Positions 7,990-16,923 of a stretch of DNA of 64,000 nucleotides are shown piece by piece. How positions within the stretch are numbered: position 1 is the first letter of the stretch; the number at the start of each line of letters is the position of its first letter. Below the pieces are notes generated by a model, which worked only from the letters and a program-made list of their open reading frames with translations, was not told where the DNA came from and made no database searches. A program made the position numbers and the translations under genes. This stretch comes from Candidatus Calditenuis fumarioli (GTDB lineage: Archaea > Thermoproteota > Nitrososphaeria_A > Caldarchaeales > Calditenuaceae): positions 672,001-736,000 of the forward strand of contig JANVYR010000001.1 of NCBI GenBank assembly GCA_030059665.1. The letters are read 5' to 3'.

Positions 7990-10173
7990 TCATTCGAGGA
8001 CCTGGACCACGTCATGCACGACGATCACCGTCCTGCCGTCCTGCTTCAGGATCCTAGCCTTGGCCAAAAATCGCCTGCCCTTCTTCACCAGCTCCCTAGG
8101 TCCGTAGTAGAGGTCCGCGTCGAGCCTCGCCCTGAAGCGGTCGTTCACCAGCACCACGGCGTAACCCGGACCGACCTTCTCCACCTCGACCTTCACGAGC
8201 GCTCCCGACTCGCTGGAGGCCCTGAGCGAGGACCTGGTGACGAACCTCCCGTTCACCTGGGCGACCTTCCGCTCCCTGACGAGCCTGAAGGCGGCACGTC
8301 TCACCACGTCCGGGTCCTCGTCAACGCTCTCCATCACCTCGGTCAGCGTCATCCCCCTACGCCCGCTCTTCAGCAGCGCGAGGTAGACGTCCTTCCTGGT
8401 CCTCTCGACGGCTCGCCTGAGCTCCTTTGCGGACCTGAAGGCCTCCGAGCCCAGATCTGTGCGCTCCTCATCCCCCCGCGGCCCCTCAGCACGCACTGTC
8501 TCCGGAGCGAGGACCGACCTCTCCGGCCGCCTCCACGGCCACGGCTCCCCTGGTGTTGGCATCGGGCCAGAGCGCGGAACCAGCACCTCCCTGACCTCCC
8601 TCGAGACCTCCTCGAGGATCGAGGCCATCCTTCTGGCCCTCCTGTAACCCTCCCGGAAGTAGTACTCCTCGACGGTACCCTCCGTGACCAGTATCAGCAC
8701 CTTTCCCGGCATCCTCCTGCCGGTCCGCCCCCTCCGCTGGACGTGCCTGATGCCGCTGGGTATTGGCTCGTAGAACACCACCAGCCCGCACTCGGGGACG
8801 TCTAACCCCTCCTCTCCTATCGAGGTCGCCACGAGGACCCTCGTCCTTCCCTCCCTGAAGTCCCTGAGGACCCTCATCTGCTCCTCCTGCGTCATCCTAG
8901 GCCCTCCCTTCCCCTCGGCCTTGCCGACGAAGAGCGCCGCATCGATCCCCTCGGACCTCAGCCGCTCCGCGAGGACCTCCGCCGTGACCCTCACGTTGGA
9001 GAAGACCAGGACCCTGTCCTGCGGCCTCTCCGCGAGGTGCGCCCTCACGGCCGATACCAGCGCGGTGACCTTGGGATGGTCTGCCGTGCAACCCTCCGCT
9101 GCCCTCAACAGCTCCGCGAAGTCCTCGCTCCGGACTATCGAGACGTGGCTCCTCAGCTCAGACCCCTTGAGGGACTCGAGGTAGCTGAGGAGCGTCCGGA
9201 CGTGCTGGCTCTCCACCAGCTCCAGGGCGTGGAAGAGGCTCAGCACCTGCGATATGACCTGAAGGAACCTCATCCTCGGACCCCTCGCGCCGGCCTCTGC
9301 CTCCGCCTTCAGCCGCTCCATCAGCGATAGCAGGACCTTCCGGTTCACCTCCACCTCCGCACCGATCAGCCCCGCTGACCTGAGGGCCTCTACGCGCCTC
9401 TCGATCGCCTTCCTTATCACGTCCCGGACCCGTTCGTACTCCGGGGTCAGCTGGACCCTCACCCATCCTACCTTGACGCCCGGGATGTAGGGTCTTACGT
9501 CCTCGTCGTCCTCAGTCCTCCACTCTATCCTCTCGATCCAGAGGTTGCGCACGACCTCGGTGACCGACTCCTTCGTGGAACCCGGAGAAGCGGTGAGCGC
9601 GAGGATCAGGGGCCACGGGCACCTCCTGACGTACTCGGAGGCGATACGGGTGTAGGCGTACCTCGCCTTCGAGCGGTGACACTCGTCCAGGACGAGGAGC
9701 GCGAACTCCTCGAGCGCCACCAGGCCGTTGCTCATGTCGTTCCACACGGCCTGAGGTGTACCGAGCACGACCCTCACCCTCCTGTCGATCCAAATCCCCT
9801 CCCTTCCCCTGACCTCGCCCGTGACGACGGCGACCTCCTCTCGGCCCAGCTTGAGGTGCCTCAGCAGGCTCTCCCGGTGCTGGAGCGCCAGCGGCTTGGT
9901 CGGTGCGAGGAACATGACCCTGCACCCCGGATACCTGCGGAGGACCTCCGCGATCACGAGCTCCGCGATCACCGTCTTTCCCAGCGCCGTCGGCAGGACC
10001 AGGAGCGTGTTGGCCTTCAGCGCGCCCTCGGCCATCTCGAGCTGGTACCTCCTCCCTTCGACGGCCCTCTCCCTAACCATCGGGTGCTCGACGTAGCCCT
10101 CTTCGCTGACCCGGAACGCCCTCGCTTGACCTCCGGCCGTCTCGCCCCCGACGTAATCCCTTAGGTCGACCAC
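7990..10173 (-). CDS. Hef/FANCM-like SF2 helicase without an ERCC4 nuclease domain
   Basis: LPTALGKT, DECH, LTASPG, ATSIGEEGLDVPECGLVVFYEP, QRRGRTGR. The C-terminus looks like a winged helix plus beta-barrel, not ERCC4. Confidence 0.9.
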   Translation of the reverse strand: MVDLRDYVGGETAGGQARAFRVSEEGYVEHPMVRERAVEGRRYQLEMAEGALKANTLLVLPTALGKTVIAELVIAEVLRRYPGCRVMFLAPTKPLALQHRESLLRHLKLGREEVAVVTGEVRGREGIWIDRRVRVVLGTPQAVWNDMSNGLVALEEFALLVLDECHRSKARYAYTRIASEYVRRCPWPLILALTASPGSTKESVTEVVRNLWIERIEWRTEDDEDVRPYIPGVKVGWVRVQLTPEYERVRDVIRKAIERRVEALRSAGLIGAEVEVNRKVLLSLMERLKAEAEAGARGPRMRFLQVISQVLSLFHALELVESQHVRTLLSYLESLKGSELRSHVSIVRSEDFAELLRAAEGCTADHPKVTALVSAVRAHLAERPQDRVLVFSNVRVTAEVLAERLRSEGIDAALFVGKAEGKGGPRMTQEEQMRVLRDFREGRTRVLVATSIGEEGLDVPECGLVVFYEPIPSGIRHVQRRGRTGRRMPGKVLILVTEGTVEEYYFREGYRRARRMASILEEVSREVREVLVPRSGPMPTPGEPWPWRRPERSVLAPETVRAEGPRGDEERTDLGSEAFRSAKELRRAVERTRKDVYLALLKSGRRGMTLTEVMESVDEDPDVVRRAAFRLVRERKVAQVNGRFVTRSSLRASSESGALVKVEVEKVGPGYAVVLVNDRFRARLDADLYYGPRELVKKGRRFLAKARILKQDGRTVIVVHDVVQVLE

Positions 10174-10423
10174 CGTCCCTACCTCGAACGACGAGGTGAT
10201 AATCGTGCGGTCGGTCCGCTTTCGGTGGAGTCTATGAGGGGATGCGGTTCGACCATAAAGGAATGGCTACTTGTTAAAACAGGAGGAAGGGCCTGGGCAA
10301 CGCGATAATAAATAATCCGTAAAGGCCGAGTGTGGCGGCATGACTTTGACGGGAATGGTATCAATAGGGGGGCGATAAAAATTAATACTATCGTTAAACC
10401 GCACTTGTTATGTTGGGAAGCCC

Positions 10424-11509
10424 ATGATTACGGAGCTGACCATCAGGAATTTCAAATCGATACAAGAGGTCACGCTTGAATGTAAAAAGATAAACATTTT
10501 CATCGGAGAGCCCAATACAGGAAAATCTAACTTGTTGGAGGTGTTTGCTCTGCTGAATCTATTCGGGAGAGATGAAACCCGTTACCCTCTCACAACAGAT
10601 GATTTGCGGTTCATCTTTAGGGTGTCTTCGTGGCGCCAACTATTCTATTGGCAGGATACCAGTCGGGAATTATCAATAAGTTTGCTGTTATCAAACGGGG
10701 GTACGAATAATTCGTACGACCTGAAATTCAGATATGAGGAAGGCAATATAAGCGTTGCCGTTAGTGAAACACAACAAGGAATTGCAGAGACCTCCCCATT
10801 ATCCTACTCTTATACTCTCAGGGCCGATGACCTTCACCCTCTCTCAGAAATTGAATACAACAGACCATCTTTTAGTGAGTTGCAGAAGCTCGCCTTTTAT
10901 CGTTATCGTGTTAGAGATGATTACAAAATTCTGGAGAGTCGATTTGTTGTTCCTCCTGACGCTCCTAACCTAGTAAGTCTACTCCTAGAGAATAAGGAGT
11001 TGAGAAGTGAGGTCGTTCGCCTGATCAATAAGTACGGATACAGGTTGATGATAGAACCTCCTACTAAAACCCTTAAAATCGAGCGCGGTATTGATGAGGA
11101 CTCATTTATAGTGATTTCGCTCCCCTACTCGGCGGTATCCGACACACTACAGCGAATGGTCTTCAACCTCGCCATCGTCACGTGTAACAGAGACATGGTA
11201 ATCGCTATGGAGGAACCAGAGGCGCATGTATTCCCATACTACGTCAAGTATCTGGCTGAGAAGATCGCTGAGGACGAGCAGGGCAATCAGTTCTTTATCA
11301 CGACGCACAACCCGTATTTCCTGCTATCCGTTCTAGAAAAGGGCCGCACGGACGACGTTAACGTTTTCGTTACGCACTATGAGAACTTCGAGACCAAGGT
11401 AATGCAATTGTCCGATGAGCATAAGGAGGAGTTGCTCGATTATGGTGCGGATGCCTTCTTCAACCTAGATGCCATTATGGAGAAGTTGGGTGTAGTGGCC
11501 GGTGGTTAA
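10424..11509 (+). CDS. ABC/AAA-type ATPase (AAA_15/AAA_21, OLD/AriA-like)
   Basis: MITELTIRNFKSI, GEPNTGKSN, AMEEPEAH (Walker B/D-loop), ITTHNPY (H-loop). Clearly AT-rich. Confidence 0.88.
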   Translation: MITELTIRNFKSIQEVTLECKKINIFIGEPNTGKSNLLEVFALLNLFGRDETRYPLTTDDLRFIFRVSSWRQLFYWQDTSRELSISLLLSNGGTNNSYDLKFRYEEGNISVAVSETQQGIAETSPLSYSYTLRADDLHPLSEIEYNRPSFSELQKLAFYRYRVRDDYKILESRFVVPPDAPNLVSLLLENKELRSEVVRLINKYGYRLMIEPPTKTLKIERGIDEDSFIVISLPYSAVSDTLQRMVFNLAIVTCNRDMVIAMEEPEAHVFPYYVKYLAEKIAEDEQGNQFFITTHNPYFLLSVLEKGRTDDVNVFVTHYENFETKVMQLSDEHKEELLDYGADAFFNLDAIMEKLGVVAGG

Positions 11510-11953
11510 GTGTTGTTCAGCAAATACGTAGTTGAATGTGACAACGACAAAACTTTGGTTCAGGAACTCTTGAACATTAGATCAGGACGGATACACCATG
11601 CCCTTGGCAAAACGAATGTGTTGAAGGTCCTCCAAAAATCTGAAAACTCGCTTGGGTTGATAGATGAGGATCCAGAAAGTCACCAGCCCCCTATGCTACG
11701 TAGCATTCAAGTAAATTACATAGGTAATGGGATAAAGGTGGGTCAATTTAGGAGCAACAAATTGGTGATCTTGTGTCCGGAGCTCGAGGAATGGGTCGTT
11801 AGAGCCATCGAAGAAATTGCAAATCTAAATCCGAAGATTGATGCAAAGACCTTAAAATATAACCCCGAGATGTTTAGGAAGAGTCTTGGACGGCTCATCC
11901 AGTTAAATTCTAGTTATATTATTACACTCCGAAACGTGATGACAACAACCTAA
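11510..11953 (+). CDS. Small TOPRIM-like protein, partner of the ATPase
   Basis: GTG start immediately after the ATPase TAA. VVECDND (ExxD) and GLIDEDP (DxD) motifs; AT-rich. Confidence 0.65.
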   Translation: MLFSKYVVECDNDKTLVQELLNIRSGRIHHALGKTNVLKVLQKSENSLGLIDEDPESHQPPMLRSIQVNYIGNGIKVGQFRSNKLVILCPELEEWVVRAIEEIANLNPKIDAKTLKYNPEMFRKSLGRLIQLNSSYIITLRNVMTTT

Positions 11954-12037
11954 TGCTGCCCGATTGTCTCGGGTAGCGAGGGCGGTGTCCTGACCAAACA
12001 ATAACGCTATATTTCGCCACTGAGTTGAACTGTTGGC

Positions 12038-12205
12038 ATGCCGTCCCACGGCTCCGTTACCAAGGCCGGAAAGGTGAGGAGCGCCACCCCGAAGATCGAG
12101 CCCAAGCCGAAGGAGTTCCCGCCGCCGAGGATAAGGAACCGGAGGAACTACGTCAAGCGGATCCTGAACGCCCAGGTGGCGACGGCCGGCGGAAGGCTCG
12201 CCTGA
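12038..12205 (+). CDS. rps30e: 30S ribosomal protein S30e
   Basis: Not in ORF track. Manual translation [25 protein letters not shown]...[12 protein letters not shown], 55 aa. Confidence 0.95.
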   Translation: MPSHGSVTKAGKVRSATPKIEPKPKEFPPPRIRNRRNYVKRILNAQVATAGGRLA

Positions 12206-12219
12206 TCTGAGTCGTCGGG

Positions 12220-12771
12220 ATGAGGGAGTTCGATGCGCGAGGGATCAAGCTGAGACTATACACAGGGGACATAACCGTCGAGACCTCGGACGCGATCGTT
12301 GTGCCGGCCAACTCGCTGATGGTAATGGGCGGCGGCGTCGCTGGGGCCGTGAAGAGGGCAGGAGGCTCGTCGATCGAGCAAGAGGCGAGGTCCAAGGCAC
12401 CGGTCGAGGTGGGCCGGGCGGTGGTCACGTCCGCCGGTAGGCTCAGGTGCAGGTACGTCATCCACTCGCCGACGATGGAGAGGCCCTCTGGCGAGACGAG
12501 CCCCGAGAAGGTTTACAGGGCCACGCTGGCGGCGCTGAGGGCGGCCGCGTCGGTCGGCGCGCGGAGCGTCTCGTTTCCCGGCATGGGCACAGGCGTGGGA
12601 GGGCTGGACCCGGTGGTCGCTGGGAGGATGATGGCGAGGGCCGTTCTCGACTTCGCGGAGGAGCGCACGTCCGGCCCCGAGGTCGTCAACTTCGTCGCCC
12701 TCAACGAGGACCTTCTGAAGGGACTGCTCGAGGGGGTCGAACAGGAGTGGAGGTCGCGCAGTACAGGGTAG
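12220..12771 (+). CDS. Macro-domain (ADP-ribose binding / Appr-1-p processing) protein
   Basis: GDIT, IVVPANS, MGGGVAGAV, YVIHSPT and FPGMGTGVGG motifs. Confidence 0.93.
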   Translation: MREFDARGIKLRLYTGDITVETSDAIVVPANSLMVMGGGVAGAVKRAGGSSIEQEARSKAPVEVGRAVVTSAGRLRCRYVIHSPTMERPSGETSPEKVYRATLAALRAAASVGARSVSFPGMGTGVGGLDPVVAGRMMARAVLDFAEERTSGPEVVNFVALNEDLLKGLLEGVEQEWRSRSTG

Positions 12772-13406
12772 AGGTGGACGAGGAGGTCCGGAGCAAATTC
12801 GAGATACCGACGAGGGCCGTCGTGCTGAGGCGTATCGAGGTCGGCAAAATGCGCAGCGACGATCGCTTCAGGGAAGAGGTCTACGCAGAGGTGAGGAGGA
12901 GGTACACGCTCGACTCGGTGAAGGACGACCCGGTCTTCAGGGCCTACAGGGACTTCTACTGGCGGATCGGGATAGACCCGACGAAGACCAGACCGTCGTC
13001 CGAGGCCCTCGTCCGTAGGATCCTGCTCGGGAAGGGTTTGCCCTCGATCAACCCGCTCGTGGACGTGTGCAATCTCGTCTCGGCGCTCACGGGCGTCACC
13101 TTCTCGGCCTTCGACCTCGACAGGGTCTCTGGAAACGTCAGGCTGACCTGGTCTCGTCACGGAGAGAGGTTCCTCGGGATAGGTACGGGCGAGGTGGAGC
13201 TCACAGGCCGGGAGGTCGTTCTGAGGGACGTGTTGGGCCCCATCTCTATCTACCCCTACCGCGACTCCGAGCGGACCAAGACCACGCCCGAGACCCGGAA
13301 CGTGCTTCTGGTGCTTTGCGGCGTCCCGGGGATACCACTCCACAAGCTCATCGAGGCGGAGAGGATGATGCTGGAGAGGATCGCGGATTCGGCCAGAGCC
13401 GTCTGA
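12747..13406 (+). CDS. Standalone PheRS B3/4-domain protein (putative tRNA deacylase)
   Basis: AYRDFYWRIGIDPTKTRPSSEALVRR, INPLVDVCNLVS, FDLD motifs. GTG start at 12747 after AGGA. Confidence 0.88.
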   Translation: MEVAQYRVEVDEEVRSKFEIPTRAVVLRRIEVGKMRSDDRFREEVYAEVRRRYTLDSVKDDPVFRAYRDFYWRIGIDPTKTRPSSEALVRRILLGKGLPSINPLVDVCNLVSALTGVTFSAFDLDRVSGNVRLTWSRHGERFLGIGTGEVELTGREVVLRDVLGPISIYPYRDSERTKTTPETRNVLLVLCGVPGIPLHKLIEAERMMLERIADSARAV

Positions 13407-13525
13407 GTTCTGAACCCGCTCCCCCATCTCTTATTGAGTCCTACACGGAGATCGTGCCCACGCTCATTCACTCGATCAGCGGAAACGACGCTTGTGGCCA
13501 AACTTGAGGTCAAAGTCGAGCCGAG

Positions 13526-13555
13526 TTGCAAAAACATGCAATCAAAATTTTTATA
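13526..13555 (+). promoter_or_regulatory. ECF operon promoter: TTGCA-N6-TGCAA palindrome, BRE-like CAAAA, TATA TTTTTATA
   Basis: Palindrome 13526-13541, TATA 13548-13555, ATG at 13596. Confidence 0.55.
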
Positions 13556-13595
13556 CAACTTTAACGGACCGCATAACGTGAAAGAGATTTTCACG

Positions 13596-14384
13596 ATGTG
13601 GAGATACACCCAGATGATAACGGCGTTCATCGTGTCCGCGGGGCTCTATGCCGCCCTCCTCTTTGTGTTCGCGGCGTTGCCGATCTGGATCATCCCGGGA
13701 GTCACGGCGGTGAGACCGGGGAACGCGATACCGCCCTTCACGAGCCTGCTCTTCGGACCGGCGGCCGCTTGGGGCTCGGCGGTGGGGAACCTGATAGGAT
13801 TCGACATCCTGGGAGGAGCTCTGACGATAGGGAGCATCGGCGGGTTCATCGGCAACTTCTTCCTCGGCCTGGTTCCGTACAAGATCTGGCACAGGGTCTT
13901 CAGGGAGGAGCCGCACTGCAGGACGCTCTCGAGCCTCCTGAAGTTCGAGTTCGTGATACTGACGCATGCCGGCGTGGTCGCCCTGATCATCCCGCTCTGG
14001 ACCGAGCTGGTGGGATTCGTCCCGTTCACACCGCTGGCCTTCATCATCTTCTTCAACGAGCTGATATCGGCCGGGATAATCTCTCCGATCCTGATGGCGC
14101 TCGTCTACCCGAGGGCTAAGAGGGCCGGCTGGCTCTGGACCGACGTGATGAAGGGTTACCAGTACACACCGACGGAGAGGAAGACGATCCACGTCCTCGG
14201 AGCGATCCTGGTCTTCGTGGCCGGCGTGATCGGCACCTGGGTCACCGTGCTGGTGGGGCTCGGCTTCGGTCAGGCTCTGTTCTTCGGGCCTAACGTCGGG
14301 TTCGCTGGGGCTCCGCTTCTGACGACCGGGGGCGTCTTCGTCCTGATCTTCGCAATAGGGCTTGCCCTGCTCGCGAAGGACTGA
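13596..14384 (+). CDS. ECF transporter S component (QueT-like)
   Basis: VRPGNAIPPFTSLLFGPAAAWGSAVGNLIG motif, multiple TM helices, upstream of ecfA/ecfT. Start reassigned to the ATG at 13596. Confidence 0.85.
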   Translation: MWRYTQMITAFIVSAGLYAALLFVFAALPIWIIPGVTAVRPGNAIPPFTSLLFGPAAAWGSAVGNLIGFDILGGALTIGSIGGFIGNFFLGLVPYKIWHRVFREEPHCRTLSSLLKFEFVILTHAGVVALIIPLWTELVGFVPFTPLAFIIFFNELISAGIISPILMALVYPRAKRAGWLWTDVMKGYQYTPTERKTIHVLGAILVFVAGVIGTWVTVLVGLGFGQALFFGPNVGFAGAPLLTTGGVFVLIFAIGLALLAKD

Positions 14385-14442
14385 GGGTCCGCGCGGTTCC
14401 TCAGTTCAACGATAAGAGTTCCCTCTCCCAATTTTCTGCAAG

Positions 14443-16122
14443 TTGGGCACCATCGCCGAGGCGAGGGACGTCTGGGTGAAGTACAGGGGAGGCACCGACT
14501 ACGCCCTGAAGGGGGTCAGCCTCAAGGTCTCCGAGGGTGAGGTGGTGGCCGTCATAGGGCCGACAGGTGCTGGGAAGACGACGCTCTGCAAGGTCCTCTC
14601 AGGCATCATCCCCAACTTCGGCGCCTACGACGAGTTCAGGGGCGAGGTCCTGGTGGACGGAGTGAGCACCGCGGGGAGGCGCGTCGGAGAGATCAGCAGG
14701 TCCTGTGCAATGGTCTTTCAGGACTACGAGTCGCAGCTCTTCCGGACCACCGTGGAGCTCGAGGTGGCCTTCGGTCCCGAGAACCTCTGCCTGCCGAGGG
14801 AGGAGATCGCCAGCAGGGTGAGGAGGTGTCTGGAGCTCGTCGGGCTCACGGGACTGGAGAAGAGGTACTCGTTCGCGCTGAGCGGCGGTCAGAAGCAGAG
14901 GCTCGCCATCGCCTCGATGCTCTCGATGCAGCCTAAGCTGCTGATCCTGGACGAGGCCACGAGCGACCTGGACCCGAGGGGGAAGAGGGAGGTCTACTCG
15001 GTGGTCAGGAGGCTCCTCGATGAGGGTGCGATAAGGTCGCTGGTGATGGTGGACCACCACCTCGAGAGGGTCGCCGAGTTCGCGGACAGGACTGTTCTCA
15101 TGGACTCGGGCCGCATCGTTCTGGAGGGCGATACCGAGGATGTGCTCAGCGAGGTCGACCTGCTCAGGAAACTCGGCCTGAATCCGCCGGAGCCGGCCGC
15201 GCTCCTCCACGACCTCGGAGTCGATTCGAGGCCGCTTCCGATGACGGTCGAAGGTGCCCTCGAGAGGATGCCTCCCATCAGGAAGTACAGGGAGCCGGTG
15301 GACGGGGAGAGGGCGGGCAGCGATCCGGTGGTTGAGGTGGACGACGTCTGGTTCGCCTACCCCGGCGGCGACTGGGCCCTGAGGGGCGTCAAGCTCACGG
15401 TCCACAGAGGCGAGATGGTCGGGCTGATAGGCCAGAACGGGAGCGGCAAGACCACGCTCGCGCAGACGATCATGGGGATCCTCAGGCCCGCGAGGGGCAC
15501 CATACGCCTCTTCGGGGAGGACGCGACCTCGATGGAGCTGATGGAAAGGGCGAGGACCGTCGGTTACGTCTTCCAGAACCCCGACTACCAGATATTCACC
15601 AAGAGCGTCTACGACGAGATAGCCTACGGCCTGAGGGCAAGGGGGATGCCCGAGGAGGAGGTGAGGAGGAGGGTGGAGGAAGTTGCGAGGATGGTGGGCC
15701 TCACGGGGCTCCTCGAGGAGGACCCGTTCTTCCTGCCCAAGGCCCACAGGCAGAGGGTGGCGGTGGCCTCGGTCCTGGCACTGAACCCGAAGCTGGTGAT
15801 CCTGGACGAGCCAAGCACCGGTCTCTCACCCGGCGAGACAAGGGCCATGATGGACCTCGCGAGGGACCTGAACAGCAAGGGGACAACGTTCGTCGTGATA
15901 ACGCACGAGATGTGGGTCGTTGCGGAGTACTGCAACAGGGTGGTGCTGATGTCCGAGGGGAGGGTGGTGCTCGACGCTCCAACGAGGACCGCATTCGCAA
16001 TGGGAGACCTCATCAGGGGTTACGAGATCGAGCCTCCCGCGGTTGTGGAGATCTCTAAGCGGCTCTTCGGCACTCCCTTCCTCACGATCAAAGAGTTCGT
16101 CGAGTCGGTGGAGGTGGGCTGA
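14443..16122 (+). CDS. ecfA: ECF transporter ATPase with two fused ABC domains
   Basis: GPTGAGKT...LSGGQKQR...LDE and a second GQNGSGKT...FQNPDYQ...LDEP domain. Confidence 0.93.
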   Translation: MGTIAEARDVWVKYRGGTDYALKGVSLKVSEGEVVAVIGPTGAGKTTLCKVLSGIIPNFGAYDEFRGEVLVDGVSTAGRRVGEISRSCAMVFQDYESQLFRTTVELEVAFGPENLCLPREEIASRVRRCLELVGLTGLEKRYSFALSGGQKQRLAIASMLSMQPKLLILDEATSDLDPRGKREVYSVVRRLLDEGAIRSLVMVDHHLERVAEFADRTVLMDSGRIVLEGDTEDVLSEVDLLRKLGLNPPEPAALLHDLGVDSRPLPMTVEGALERMPPIRKYREPVDGERAGSDPVVEVDDVWFAYPGGDWALRGVKLTVHRGEMVGLIGQNGSGKTTLAQTIMGILRPARGTIRLFGEDATSMELMERARTVGYVFQNPDYQIFTKSVYDEIAYGLRARGMPEEEVRRRVEEVARMVGLTGLLEEDPFFLPKAHRQRVAVASVLALNPKLVILDEPSTGLSPGETRAMMDLARDLNSKGTTFVVITHEMWVVAEYCNRVVLMSEGRVVLDAPTRTAFAMGDLIRGYEIEPPAVVEISKRLFGTPFLTIKEFVESVEVG

Positions 16123-16919
16123 TGCCGGAGTACGTCCTTTACGTCGATCGCAAATCATTCTTCCACGGCCTCGATCCCAGGTCGAAGCTTCTCTTCGTGG
16201 TGTGCGTCTTCATATGGTCCTCGGTCTTCAACCACCCGCTTTACACGGGCATCGTGCTGGCGGCCGTTCTGACGATGGTATTCGCGTCCGGTGTCGCTTC
16301 CAGACTCAAGCTCTTCTGGTTCGGCCTCCTCTCGCTCGCCGTCATGAGCCTCGTCCTCTGGCCCCTCTTCAGGAGGGGAGGGAAGACGCCGTTCGTTGAT
16401 GTGATGGGCTTCGTGGTGACCCAGGAGTCGCTGCTGTACGCTCTTGCGGTTGCCTTCAGGCTTGTGGCGATGGTCCTCTCGGGACTTTTGCTGCTGACCA
16501 CCACGAAGATCGAGGAGCTGGAGCTGGCCTTCACGAAGCTCGGCCTTCCCTTCCCCGTGGCCTTCGGCTTCTCAGCGGTCTTCAGGTTCATCCCGACGAT
16601 GGTGGGAGACGGATTGACGGTCCTCGCAGCCCAGCAGTGCAGGGGCGTCAACGTGGCCAGAGGCAGCGTCTTCAGCCGCCTCAGGAACTCCGCGGCCATC
16701 ATCGTTCCACTCTTCATCACCACGATGAGGAGGTTCAACGAGCTCCCCATGGCTATCGAGTCGAGGGGTTTCGTCCCTATGGGAAGGAGGACGTTCTTGC
16801 TTGAGCTGCGGTTCAGGAAGAGGGACGTTGCGTTCTCGTCCGTCGTGCTCTTCCTCGCGGTCCTGAGCGTTTACCTCCGCCTCAACGGATACGGAGCTAT
16901 TTTCCCGGAGGTGATATGA
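16122..16919 (+). CDS. ecfT: ECF transporter T component (CbiQ/EcfT)
   Basis: LDPRSKL, AQQCRG and AIESRGF motifs. Confidence 0.93.
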   Translation: MPEYVLYVDRKSFFHGLDPRSKLLFVVCVFIWSSVFNHPLYTGIVLAAVLTMVFASGVASRLKLFWFGLLSLAVMSLVLWPLFRRGGKTPFVDVMGFVVTQESLLYALAVAFRLVAMVLSGLLLLTTTKIEELELAFTKLGLPFPVAFGFSAVFRFIPTMVGDGLTVLAAQQCRGVNVARGSVFSRLRNSAAIIVPLFITTMRRFNELPMAIESRGFVPMGRRTFLLELRFRKRDVAFSSVVLFLAVLSVYLRLNGYGAIFPEVI

Positions 16920-16923
16920 AGTT

